NCBI GenBank assembly: GCA_965247115.1
Contig: CBDFGR010000003.1
Coordinates: 576,001-640,000 of the forward strand
Source: Myxococcota bacterium
GTDB taxonomy: Bacteria > Myxococcota_A > UBA9160 > SZUA-336
Direction: 5' to 3'
Length of the DNA: 64,000 bases
Shown piece after piece: positions 28,381 to 37,727 of the stretch. The translations under genes and the position numbers were made by a program. The notes under the pieces were generated by a model. That model did not search any database. It was not told the origin of the DNA and saw only the letters and a list, made by a program, of their open reading frames with translations. Numbering within the stretch: the first letter of the stretch is position 1; each line of letters begins with the position of its first letter.

Positions 28381-30000
28381 ATGACAGCAATCAAGGTCGC
28401 GACCTGGAGCGAGCTCAAGCCATCCAGTCCGACGTACGCTCTGGTCGCGAACGTCGATCTGGTGGTGATCCGCTGGCCCGACCAGGATGAGGTCTCGGTG
28501 CTCTACGGGCGCTGTCTGCACCGTGGCGCCCTGCTCTCCGACGGGGAGGTGCGCGGCAAGGATCTGATCTGCGGCGTGCACCAGTGGGACTATCGCTACG
28601 AGACCGGGGTCAGCGCCTACAACCCAGCCGAGAAGCTCAAGCGCTTCCGCGGCTGGATCGACGACGATGGGGTCTGGGTGGACGAGGACGAGGTCGTGGC
28701 CTGGGAGCGGGAGCATCCGCAGGCCTACGACCGCGACGCTTACCAGGGACTCTACGCCGACCCGCATGGAACACCCGACGAGCCCTTCAACTTCTGGGTC
28801 CAGGAGCTCGCCGAGGTCGGTCTGCAGCGTCGAGGACACCACGGCCGCGTCGATGCGATGGGAGTGCCGCGCCATCTGCTCCCGGAGTGGGACGAGCTCC
28901 AGCTCCTTACCGCCCAGCTGCACCGAGTGCCGCTGCTCGACGCTGAGCCCGTCGCCACGGAGCTGGTGATCGGGCCCGAAGCGCGAAAGCCCCTGCGGCT
29001 CGACATCCCGCTGTTCGTGTCCGACATGAGCTTCGGCGCGCTCTCGGAAGAGGCAAAGATCTCCCTGGCCCGGGGTGCGGAGCTGGCTGGAACGGGGATC
29101 TGCTCGGGCGAGGGCGGCATGCTCCCCGAGGAGCAGAAGAGCAACAGCCGATACTTCTATGAGCTCGCCTCCGCACGCTTTGGCTTCAACATGGAGAAGC
29201 TCCGCGACGTACAGGCCTTCCACTTCAAAGGGGGCCAGGGCGCCAAGACCGGGACCGGTGGTCACCTGCCGGGGTCGAAGGTGGTCGGAAAGATCGCGGA
29301 AGTCCGTGGCCTCGAGCCCGGTCAGGACGCCATCTCTCCCTCTCGCTTCCCGGACTGGGACACGGTCGAGCACTTTCGCCGCTTCGCGGCCGAGGTCCGG
29401 GAGTGCACGGGAGGCATCCCCGTCGGTTTCAAGCTCTCGGCCCAGCACATCGAGCGCGACATCGAGGCCGCCCTGGAAGTCGGCGTGGACTACATCATCC
29501 TGGACGGCCGTGGCGGGGGCACAGGCGCCGCGCCCTTGATCTTCCGAAACAACATCTCGGTTCCCACCATTCCCGCGCTTGCTCGGGCGCGCCGTTGCCT
29601 AGACCGAGCAAAGCACCCCAACGTGACGTTGATCATCACAGGTGGCCTTCGCGTTCCCTCCGAGTTTGCCAAGGCCATGGCCCTTGGCGCAGACGGGGTG
29701 GCGCTCGCGAACTCGGCCATCCAGGCGATCGGCTGCCTGGGCATGCGCGCCTGCAACACGAACAACTGCCCGGTCGGCATCGCGACCCAGAAGCCGGAGC
29801 TGCGCGCGCGCATCGACATCCAGATCGCCGCGAAGCGACTCGAACGCTTCTTCCGGTCCTCGGTCGAGCTCATGCAGGTATTGGCCCGGGCCTGCGGGCG
29901 CCGTCACCTCAACGAGTTCGAGCTTGCGGACCTGACGACCTGGAATCGCGACATGGCGGCTCTCTCCGGGGTCTCCTACGCCGGGGTCACCCAGCCGTGA
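28381..30000 (+). CDS. Rieske-fused FMN-binding glutamate synthase-like protein
   Basis: Rieske CLHRG...CGVH; SDMSFGALS, SGEGG, GQGAKTGTGGHLPGSKV, DGRGGGTGAAP, CLGMRACNTNNCPVG (3Fe-4S); no amidotransferase domain. Confidence 0.92.
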   Translation: MTAIKVATWSELKPSSPTYALVANVDLVVIRWPDQDEVSVLYGRCLHRGALLSDGEVRGKDLICGVHQWDYRYETGVSAYNPAEKLKRFRGWIDDDGVWVDEDEVVAWEREHPQAYDRDAYQGLYADPHGTPDEPFNFWVQELAEVGLQRRGHHGRVDAMGVPRHLLPEWDELQLLTAQLHRVPLLDAEPVATELVIGPEARKPLRLDIPLFVSDMSFGALSEEAKISLARGAELAGTGICSGEGGMLPEEQKSNSRYFYELASARFGFNMEKLRDVQAFHFKGGQGAKTGTGGHLPGSKVVGKIAEVRGLEPGQDAISPSRFPDWDTVEHFRRFAAEVRECTGGIPVGFKLSAQHIERDIEAALEVGVDYIILDGRGGGTGAAPLIFRNNISVPTIPALARARRCLDRAKHPNVTLIITGGLRVPSEFAKAMALGADGVALANSAIQAIGCLGMRACNTNNCPVGIATQKPELRARIDIQIAAKRLERFFRSSVELMQVLARACGRRHLNEFELADLTTWNRDMAALSGVSYAGVTQP

Positions 30001-30028
30001 AGACGCCGACTTGCGGAGGAGCTGCGCG

Positions 30029-31990
30029 ATGACGAGGCAGGTCTGGTACAAAGCGCTCGAGCCCGACGAGCTCAAAGAAGGCCGCGTCAAGCCGATCACA
30101 TGCGGGCTCCGGACGCTGTGCCTCGCCCACTACCAGGGACAGTACTCCGCACTCGACAACAAGTGTCCGCACCAGGGCGGACCGCTCGGTGAGGGGTCGA
30201 TCGAGAAGGGTCTGCTGCGCTGTCCCTGGCACGGCTGGGACTTCGATCCCCTGAGCGGCGCGCCTCCCGGTGGCTACGATGACGGCGTCCCCACGTTCCC
30301 CGTCGACGTGCGAGCGGACGGCATCTACGTCCAGTTGGAGGAGGATCAGCCGAAGGTCGAGACGGTCAGCGACGTGATGGCCCAGACCATGACCAACTGG
30401 GGAGTGCGCTGGGTCTTCGGGATGGTGGGCCACTCGAACCTGGGCCTGGCCGACGCGCTGCGCGTTCAGGAGGAGCGGGGCGCCCTGGGCTACATCGGGA
30501 TTCGCCACGAAGGGGCCGCGTCCTTCGCCGCGTCGGCCTACGGCAAGCTCACCGGCCGCCCCGCGGCCTGCCTGGGCATCGCAGGCCCCGGCTCGACAAA
30601 TCTGTTGACCGGGCTCTGGGATGCGAACGTGGACCGTTCGCCGGTGCTGGCGCTCTCGGGGCAGGTCGACACGCAGGTGCTGGGGCCGGGCGCTTTCCAG
30701 GAAGTCGACCTTCAGGCCGTCTTCGGCAAGGTCGCGCAGTGGAGTCAGCCGGTCCTGCACACGAGTCGCTTCGCCGAGCTGATGAACCTGGCATGCAAGA
30801 GCGCCATCTTGCATCGCGGCGTCTCGCACCTGGTGTTCCCGGACGAGGTTCAGACGCTCCCGGCACCGGCCGGTAGCGAGCCGGGCAGTCCCGAGGGGCG
30901 GCTCACCTCGCGCGCGATCACGCCGCCAGAGGAGTCCGTAGAGGCCGCCCTCGCGCTGCTCGGGCGCTCGACCAGACCACTGATCATCGTGGGCCACGGC
31001 GCGCGCTTCCACATGCCAGAGATCACCGAGCTCGCCGAGGCGCTGCCGGCCCCGGTCATCACTACGTTCAAGGGCAAGGGGTTGATCTCCGACCGCCATC
31101 CCCTCGCGGGGGGTGTGCTGGGTCGCAGCGGCACTCCGATCGCCAGCTGGCTGATGAACGAGGCCGACGCGCTGCTCGTGCTCGGCGCGAGCTTCAGCAA
31201 TCACACGGGCATCACCGACAAGAAGCCGACCATCCAGGTCGACTTCGAGGCGCCTGCGCTCGGCAAGTTCCACGCTGTCGACGTTCCCGTCTGGGGGGAG
31301 ATCGGCGCCACCGTGAAGATTCTGCGCGACCGGCTCGTGCCTGCCGCGGGGGTCAACGATGCACCCGCAGAGGTCGCCGAGCGCTGGGCGATCTGGCGGG
31401 CAGAGAAGGAGCGGCGCCTGGCCGACCAGCGCGGCAAGGGCGTCAACTCGGCCTCGGTCTTCGCGGCCCTCACGCGCCAGGTCGCAGAGGACGCCATCAT
31501 CGCGGTCGACGTCGGCAACAACACCTACTCGTTCGGCCGCTACTTCGAGTGCGCCCGGCAGTCAGTCCTGATGAGCGGCTATTTGGGCTCGATTGGCTTT
31601 GGCCTGCCGGCGGCCATGGGCGCATGGGCCGCCACCCAGGAGGACGATCCGCGCTTCCGCGGCCGCCAGGTCGTGTCGATTTCAGGGGATGGTGGCTTCG
31701 GCCAGTACATGGCCGAGCTGCTCACCGCCGTGAAGTACGGCATGAACATCACGCACGTCCTGCTCAACAACGACCAGCTCGGCAAGATCTCGAAAGAACA
31801 GAAGGCAGGCAACTGGAACGTCTGGCAGACGTCGCTGCACAACCCAAACTTCGCGGAGTACGCAGAACTCTGCGGGGCTCGCGGCGTGCGGGTCACCGAA
31901 GCCGCGGAGCTCGACGATGCGCTCGCGGGGGCGCTCGCCCACGACGGGCCGAGCCTGGTCGAGGTCGTTGCAGACCCCGACCTGATCTGA
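30029..31990 (+). CDS. Rieske-fused ThDP-dependent pyruvate oxidase/acetolactate synthase-like enzyme
   Basis: Rieske CPHQGGPLGEG...CPWHG; IRHEGAASFAA, GPGSTN, GDGG...NN ThDP motif. Confidence 0.92.
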   Translation: MTRQVWYKALEPDELKEGRVKPITCGLRTLCLAHYQGQYSALDNKCPHQGGPLGEGSIEKGLLRCPWHGWDFDPLSGAPPGGYDDGVPTFPVDVRADGIYVQLEEDQPKVETVSDVMAQTMTNWGVRWVFGMVGHSNLGLADALRVQEERGALGYIGIRHEGAASFAASAYGKLTGRPAACLGIAGPGSTNLLTGLWDANVDRSPVLALSGQVDTQVLGPGAFQEVDLQAVFGKVAQWSQPVLHTSRFAELMNLACKSAILHRGVSHLVFPDEVQTLPAPAGSEPGSPEGRLTSRAITPPEESVEAALALLGRSTRPLIIVGHGARFHMPEITELAEALPAPVITTFKGKGLISDRHPLAGGVLGRSGTPIASWLMNEADALLVLGASFSNHTGITDKKPTIQVDFEAPALGKFHAVDVPVWGEIGATVKILRDRLVPAAGVNDAPAEVAERWAIWRAEKERRLADQRGKGVNSASVFAALTRQVAEDAIIAVDVGNNTYSFGRYFECARQSVLMSGYLGSIGFGLPAAMGAWAATQEDDPRFRGRQVVSISGDGGFGQYMAELLTAVKYGMNITHVLLNNDQLGKISKEQKAGNWNVWQTSLHNPNFAEYAELCGARGVRVTEAAELDDALAGALAHDGPSLVEVVADPDLI

Positions 31991-32114
31991 GGCCGCAATG
32001 GACGCTGGAACCCGCTTTGCGTCGCCGAGCGTATGATGCTGGAGTTCGGCTCGGACCCTGCCCGCTGGCTTCTCTGCGGCAATTCTGCAGAGGTCCCTCT
32101 GGTACAGTTCTGCC

Positions 32115-32738
32115 GTGGTCGAGAGCTCGGACTCGGGGGACGACGAAGAGGTCGAGGCTGCGCTCGCCCACCGCCTGCGCTCCGGAGAGGTGGACGCCTT
32201 CGAGGAGATGGCGCACCGCTACGGTGGTGTGATGCTCGCGGTCGCTCGCCGAATCCTACGGGACGAGAACGACGCCCGCGACGCTCTTCAGGACGGGTAT
32301 CTCTCGGCGATTCGCGGCATCGATCGCTTCCGCGGCGACGGGAGCTTGCGGGGCTGGCTCCACAGGATCGTCGCGAACGCCGCACTGATGAAGCTGCGCA
32401 AGCGTCGCCGGCATCCGGAGGAGTCCATCGACGAGCTGCTTCCGAGCTTCTCCCCGGACGGGCACCGGATCGACCCCGGACCGCCGTGGCGCCCCGACGA
32501 GGAGCTAGAGGGCGAGGAGTTGCGCCGAAGCGTGCGAGATTGCATGAAGCGGCTGCCCGCCGGATATCGCGAGGTTCTGGTGTTGCGCGATGTCGAGGAG
32601 TTCGACACGGCCGAGACCGCAGCGCTGCTCGAGGTCACCCATGCCGCAGTCAAGGTGCGCCTCCACCGCGCGCGCCAGGCGCTTCGAACACTGCTCGACG
32701 CGCCCGGTTCCCCGGTCCGAGCGCGTCGTAGACCGTAA
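32115..32738 (+). CDS. ECF RNA polymerase sigma factor
   Basis: DARDALQD, FRGDGSLRGWLHRIVANAALMKLR, LPAGYREVLVLRD, AVKVRLHRAR. Confidence 0.93.
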   Translation: MVESSDSGDDEEVEAALAHRLRSGEVDAFEEMAHRYGGVMLAVARRILRDENDARDALQDGYLSAIRGIDRFRGDGSLRGWLHRIVANAALMKLRKRRRHPEESIDELLPSFSPDGHRIDPGPPWRPDEELEGEELRRSVRDCMKRLPAGYREVLVLRDVEEFDTAETAALLEVTHAAVKVRLHRARQALRTLLDAPGSPVRARRRP

Positions 32739-32749
32739 CAGGTGGCAAT

Positions 32750-33001
32750 GTGACCTGCCGGGAGCTCATCGACTTTCTCGACCGCTACCTAGACGGCGAG
32801 CTGACCAGCGCGGAGGGCGCCGAGTTCGCCGCGCATCTGGAGTGCTGCCCCGATTGTGTGAACTACCTGGAGAGCTATACGCGCACGATCCAGCTCAGCA
32901 AGACCTGGTTCCGGGACCCGGATGAGCCCCTTCCCGAAGGGGTCCCCGAGGAGCTGATCGACGCCATCCGCGCGGCTCGCAGCCAGGACTCCACGGACTG
33001 A
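32750..33001 (+). CDS. Soluble zinc-binding anti-sigma factor (zf-HC2/ZAS)
   Basis: MTCRE..YLDGEL...HLECCPDC (HxxxCxxC); no TM; directly after the ECF gene. Confidence 0.9.
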   Translation: MTCRELIDFLDRYLDGELTSAEGAEFAAHLECCPDCVNYLESYTRTIQLSKTWFRDPDEPLPEGVPEELIDAIRAARSQDSTD

Positions 33002-33029
33002 AGCATCGGTCTCACGTACGGGGGGCATC

Positions 33030-33234
33030 ATGTTCGGCCTCTCCACGGTTCTCGAAGAGGTCGCGCACGTCGCCGCGGCGATCATCGGGCTGCTCGGCTG
33101 CGCTGTGATCGCATACGGAGTGGCGCGCGGCGCCGTGACTCTGACTCGATTGGAGCTGGCCGCCTGGCGGTCATGCGACTCGGCCCCACGAGCGGAGCTG
33201 CGGCGCGATCTTGGCTGCGACTCGGCCCCACGAG
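33030..33234 (+). pseudogene. Truncated DUF1622-like membrane protein
   Basis: N-terminal half (AIIGLLGCAVIAYG...RLE...LRRDLG) breaks at a 19-bp duplication where YLLLGLEF-like sequence is expected. Confidence 0.6.
33174..33234. repeat. 19-bp direct repeat TGCGACTCGGCCCCACGAG x2
   Basis: Identical copies at 33174-33192 and 33216-33234. Confidence 0.95.
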
Positions 33235-33334
33235 GTACTAGCGAGGTACCGGGGGAGCTCGACGGAGAGCTTGATTGCTCAGCACTCAAACTCCCACGCT
33301 CATGTTCCGAAGACAGGAGAGGGAGGCGATCGCG

Positions 33335-33448
33335 ATGAGTGACTCGGCGCATGAAACGACGGGCGGGACGGGGTCGCTGCGCAGGAACCTGCTGCTGCTC
33401 GCTTCCTATCTGGCACTGATGACGCTGATCGCCGTCGCGTACGTCTAG
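33335..33448 (+). CDS. 37-aa single-TM small protein
   Basis: [45 protein letters not shown]; stop overlaps the convergent ndk stop. Confidence 0.65.
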   Translation: MSDSAHETTGGTGSLRRNLLLLASYLALMTLIAVAYV

Positions 33449-33864
33449 CGAGTAACCAGGTCCAGCTCGCGGAAGAAGAACGACACCTCCACGGCGGCCG
33501 TTTCCGCGGCGTCGGAGCCGTGGCAGGCGTTCTGCTCGATGTTTGTCGCGAAGCGCTTGCGCAGGGTGCCCTCGGCGGCCTGGGCTGGATCGGTGGCGCC
33601 CATGAGCGCGCGGTAGGCCTCGATCGCACCCTCGCCTTCCAGACAGCTGACGACGACGGGCCCGGATGTCATGAACTTGACCAGGCCGTCGAAGAAGGGC
33701 CTGTCGCGGTGAACCGCGTAGAAGCTCTCGGCCTGCTCCTTGGAGAGCTGCAAAAGGCGCAGCGCGATCGGACGCAGTCCGGCCACCTCGATGGCCTCGA
33801 GAATCGCGCCGGTCCGCTTCGCCCTCACCGCGTCCGGCTTGATGATCGACAGGGTTCGTTCCAT
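33445..33864 (-). CDS. ndk: Nucleoside diphosphate kinase
   Basis: [33 protein letters not shown]. Confidence 0.98.
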   Translation of the reverse strand: MERTLSIIKPDAVRAKRTGAILEAIEVAGLRPIALRLLQLSKEQAESFYAVHRDRPFFDGLVKFMTSGPVVVSCLEGEGAIEAYRALMGATDPAQAAEGTLRKRFATNIEQNACHGSDAAETAAVEVSFFFRELDLVTR

Positions 33865-33914
33865 TGGACGGCGGAGGGTAGCCGTCGGCCTACCCTGAGC
33901 AAGCGTCCGGCCAG

Positions 33915-34469
33915 TCACAGATCTTCCGGCCGATCGAGATCCCGACCTCGAGCCGGGTCCAGCGGCACGTTGCGCACAGCTCCCGGATGGCGCGCCAGCA
34001 CCGCCCGGCCACCCTCCCCGGGGCCGAGCGTTGCGAGCTCAGGAAAGAAGCGCCGCGAAAAAAGCACCGGGCTGCCTGGCTCGCCGTCGTAGGTGGCGCG
34101 CACGATTCCGCCGTCGCGCGCAAAGGCGTCGAGCAACAGGTCAAAGTCACTTCCCAGGAGATAGGGCTGATCCGCCAGCGCGAAGAGCAGACCCCTGGCA
34201 GCGGCGTCGATGCTCTCGATCGCGGCACGCACCGAAGCCGCCCGCCCGTGCTCGGGGGTCTGGGCGAAGGTCATCGGGATGGCCAGACGGTCCGCCAGCG
34301 CGGCCCCCGCAGCGTCGCCTCCCCGCAGCACGAGACGGACACGCGCGACACGCGTGTCGGACAGCGCACGTAGTACGCGTTCCAGCATGGGCACGCCATC
34401 GATCTCGATCAGGTGCTTGGGGCCACCCATCCGGCTGCCGCGTCCCGCGGCCAGCACGACCGCGTCCAC
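33915..34469 (-). CDS. MocA/MobA-like NTP transferase (molybdenum cofactor cytidylyltransferase family)
   Basis: [42 protein letters not shown]. Confidence 0.88.
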   Translation of the reverse strand: MDAVVLAAGRGSRMGGPKHLIEIDGVPMLERVLRALSDTRVARVRLVLRGGDAAGAALADRLAIPMTFAQTPEHGRAASVRAAIESIDAAARGLLFALADQPYLLGSDFDLLLDAFARDGGIVRATYDGEPGSPVLFSRRFFPELATLGPGEGGRAVLARHPGAVRNVPLDPARGRDLDRPEDL

Positions 34470-34479
34470 GCGCGCCGCT

Positions 34480-35010
34480 TCAGATACGTCGCGAGAGGCC
34501 AAGGACGCGGAGGAGGGCTCGCCAGAGGAGCCGTAGGAAGGCCCAGGCCGGAGGGTGCGCTGCCTTCGTGCTGGCATCGGACTCCCAGTGTTCGAAGGCC
34601 TCGAAGAACTGGCCCGCCAGCTCGCGCGTGAGACCCGACGTCGTGCGCTCCCCGAGCCGACCGACCTGCCCACCCAGCAGTACGTCAGTCTCGTAGCGGA
34701 ATTCGGTTCCCTCGTCCGTCTCGGCTAGCTGCAGCTCCACGTCGGCGTCGACGAAGCCCGCCCCGCCCTTGCCCTGCACGCGCAAGTGCAGGAAGTCCGG
34801 CGCGCGTCGCTCGAGGAAGTCCAGCGAACCGCTGAAGCGACCCTGGAGCGCGGACAGCTTCAGATCCAGGACCGCGTCGTAATGGCTCTTCCCCTTCTGC
34901 TCGAGCGACTCGAGACCCGGGACGCAGCTCTCCATCACGCGAGGGTCGTTGATCCGGGTCCAGGCGTCCGCGAGCGGCGTCGCCACGGTGACCCGACCAT
35001 CGATCTTCAT
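34480..35010 (-). CDS. CoxG/SRPBCC family protein
   Basis: WTRINDPRVMESCVPGLE, GKGGAGF, GGQVGRLGER, QFF. Confidence 0.88.
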   Translation of the reverse strand: MKIDGRVTVATPLADAWTRINDPRVMESCVPGLESLEQKGKSHYDAVLDLKLSALQGRFSGSLDFLERRAPDFLHLRVQGKGGAGFVDADVELQLAETDEGTEFRYETDVLLGGQVGRLGERTTSGLTRELAGQFFEAFEHWESDASTKAAHPPAWAFLRLLWRALLRVLGLSRRI

Positions 35011-35023
35011 GCCGGGGCGCTCG

Positions 35024-35350
<327 letters not shown>

Positions 35351-35773
35351 TCAGTTCGCGAGCGTCACGCGTTCGGACCCACTGGCTGTGGTGCGCTGCG
35401 CGGCCCTGGGGATACGCCCGGTCAAGAGCAGCTCATCCTGGCGGGCGAGCTTGAAGCCGAGCTGGTCGCCTCCGCGAGTGGCCTCCAGCTCCAGGTCCGT
35501 CGCCATGAGCTCGCGTCCCAGGCGAACCAGGGCCTTCAGCTGGGAGGCGGCGGCGCGGTCGAGGCGCCGACCGGGCAGGCCCTTCAGGTCGGAGACCGTC
35601 ATGTGAACGCCCGGCACCTCTCCAGAACCATGGCAGAGCGGGCAGACGTGGCCGAGAGCATCGCGCAGGCTGCGCTCGACGAAGGCAGTCTGGTTAGGAA
35701 GGGCACGCAGGGCCTGGGCCAGACTCTCCTCCAGCCGGAAAGTCACGCGCCGTTTTGGCTGATCTCCCGTCAT
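35351..35773 (-). CDS. Hypothetical protein: ribbon-helix-helix-like N-terminus plus CPLCxGxG motif
   Basis: KRRVTFRLEESLAQAL..LPNQTAFVERSLRDAL, then CPLCHGSG. Confidence 0.7.
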   Translation of the reverse strand: MTGDQPKRRVTFRLEESLAQALRALPNQTAFVERSLRDALGHVCPLCHGSGEVPGVHMTVSDLKGLPGRRLDRAAASQLKALVRLGRELMATDLELEATRGGDQLGFKLARQDELLLTGRIPRAAQRTTASGSERVTLAN

Positions 35774-35776
35774 ATC

Positions 35777-35799
35777 GCGTACAGCAATATGCTGTACGC
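35777..35799. promoter_or_regulatory. Perfect palindrome, candidate operator
   Basis: GCGTACAGCA-ATA-TGCTGTACGC, 3 bp from the ATG of the RHH-like gene. Confidence 0.65.
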
Positions 35800-35944
35800 C
35801 TCGCGCGAGCGCAAGGCCGATTGGACGGGCAACTGCTGCGGGAGAGCATATAATGGTCCCGAACCGCGACCCGGTTCCTATGGGGGATCTTCCTGGGAGC
35901 CGGGGGCAGCGACCCAGGCGTGACCGTACACCCGGAGGTGTGTC

Positions 35945-37717
35945 CTGACTGCGGACAGCGAAGACCAACCCACAGCGACCAGGCCGCGGCGCTCTCGCCG
36001 GCGGCGGCGCCGGCGAGGCTCGAGCTGCGGAGAGGGATCACCGGAGCAGGTGGAGAGCGCTGAGGAATCGAACGGCGAAGCCGCGCCCGTGAAGCAGGCC
36101 AGCGCCGAGGGCGAAGCGCCGGGGCAGCGAGATTCCCGCCCCAGCTTTCGCAGACGAAGACGCAGGCGGCGCAGCGGTCCGAGAGACGAGCGACAGCAGC
36201 AGCTGCTGGACCTGCTGCGGCGGGAGTTCGGGCTGCGTCACTTTCGGCCCGGCCAGGAGGAGACCATCCGCTCGGTGCTCGAGGGTCACGACACGCTCGC
36301 GGTCATGCCAACCGGCGGCGGCAAATCGCTGACCTACCAGCTGCCGAGCCTGCTGCTCCCAGGGCTCACCGTGGTCGTATCCCCGCTGATCGCCTTGATT
36401 CGCGACCAGTTCGAGAAGCTGCGGGCACACGGGATCGAGACGGTTCGCGTGGATAGCTCGCTCACGGGTACGCAGCGGGAGGAGGCGCTGAGCCTGCTCG
36501 AGGCGGGCCAGCAGAAGATCGTGCTGATCACGCCCGAGGGAGCCACGGGGCCCGCGTTCAAGAAGCGCTTGGGGGATGGCCCGATCTCCCTCTTCGTGGT
36601 GGACGAGGCACACTGCGTCTCGGAATGGGGCCACGACTTTCGGCCCTCGTATCTGGCTCTCGGGGCTCTCGCGGAATACCTCGGCAACCCGACGACCCTG
36701 GCGCTCACCGCGACCGCTCCCCCGCTCGTCCGCGAGGAAATCGTCAAGCGCCTGTCCCTCGAAGACCCAACGATCGTGGTGCGCCCCGTCGCACGCCCGA
36801 ACCTGCGCTTCGAGGTGAAGCCCTGCGAGTCGGAGGACATGAAGCGGCGCGAGCTCATCCAGCTGATGCGACGCCTGCGCCGGCCTGGAATCGTCTACTG
36901 CTCGACGGTGAAGGACGTCGAGGAGCTCGGCGCTCTCTGCAGGCTCGCGCGCATTCCGGCAGAGATCTATCACGGCCGCCTGACGAAGGCCGAGCGGGAC
37001 CACGCGCACAAGCGCTTCATGTCTTCCGGCAAGCGAATCGTCATGATCGCGACGAGCGCCTTCGGCCTGGGCGTTGACAAGCCGGACATCCGCTACGTCA
37101 TCCACTATCAGGTTCCGGGCTCCCTCGAGTCCTATGTCCAGGAGGCGGGGAGAGGGGGGCGGGACGGCCTGCCAGCTCGCTGCATCCTGCTGTGGTATGC
37201 GCAGGACATCTCCGTCCAGCGCCACTTCCTGTCTGAAGGCCCCGCGAGTCGCTCGCAGATCAAGAAAGTGATCGACGGCCTGTCTGCCTGGACCGCGGAC
37301 GGGAGAGCAGTGGATGCCGCCGTGCTCGCCATGTCGACGGAGGTCGGCGTCACGCGCACACGCGCGATCCTGGAGGGCTTGCGCGACGCTCGACTCGTGG
37401 AGGAGGTGGAGGGCGAGTTCACACTCGTCGGAACCCCCGACCTGGCCGAAGCCGTGAAGCTCCTCTCGAAGCACAACGAGGAGCGCAAGACTGCAGACCG
37501 CCGCAGGCTCGATGGGATGATCAACTACGCCAATGACACCGAGGTGTGCCGGCTGATTCACATTCGGCGCTACTTCGAGGACGGGGAGCCAACGGCCTGT
37601 GGACACTGTGATGTCTGCGAGCCCAAGCTGCGACGCCGTAGACGGCGCAGCCGGCGTGGCGGGGGCAAGAGTGGCAACTCGCACGGCGGCGGCAGCCACA
37701 GCAGCGCACGAGAGTAG
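35945..37717 (+). CDS. RecQ-family ATP-dependent DNA helicase (probable CTG start)
   Basis: [59 protein letters not shown]...CGHCDVC; GGAGGTG SD 4 nt before CTG 35945; TATAAT at 35849. Confidence 0.93.
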   Translation: MTADSEDQPTATRPRRSRRRRRRRGSSCGEGSPEQVESAEESNGEAAPVKQASAEGEAPGQRDSRPSFRRRRRRRRSGPRDERQQQLLDLLRREFGLRHFRPGQEETIRSVLEGHDTLAVMPTGGGKSLTYQLPSLLLPGLTVVVSPLIALIRDQFEKLRAHGIETVRVDSSLTGTQREEALSLLEAGQQKIVLITPEGATGPAFKKRLGDGPISLFVVDEAHCVSEWGHDFRPSYLALGALAEYLGNPTTLALTATAPPLVREEIVKRLSLEDPTIVVRPVARPNLRFEVKPCESEDMKRRELIQLMRRLRRPGIVYCSTVKDVEELGALCRLARIPAEIYHGRLTKAERDHAHKRFMSSGKRIVMIATSAFGLGVDKPDIRYVIHYQVPGSLESYVQEAGRGGRDGLPARCILLWYAQDISVQRHFLSEGPASRSQIKKVIDGLSAWTADGRAVDAAVLAMSTEVGVTRTRAILEGLRDARLVEEVEGEFTLVGTPDLAEAVKLLSKHNEERKTADRRRLDGMINYANDTEVCRLIHIRRYFEDGEPTACGHCDVCEPKLRRRRRRSRRGGGKSGNSHGGGSHSSARE

Positions 37718-37727
37718 GGACGCACGC

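Noticed and set aside
20153..33440. Prophage or integrative element
   Set aside because: No integrase, transposase, tRNA target or matching att repeats at both ends; composition looks similar to the flanks.
33915..35010. Aerobic CO dehydrogenase locus
   Set aside because: CoxG-like and MocA-like genes only; no coxMSL structural genes in the window.
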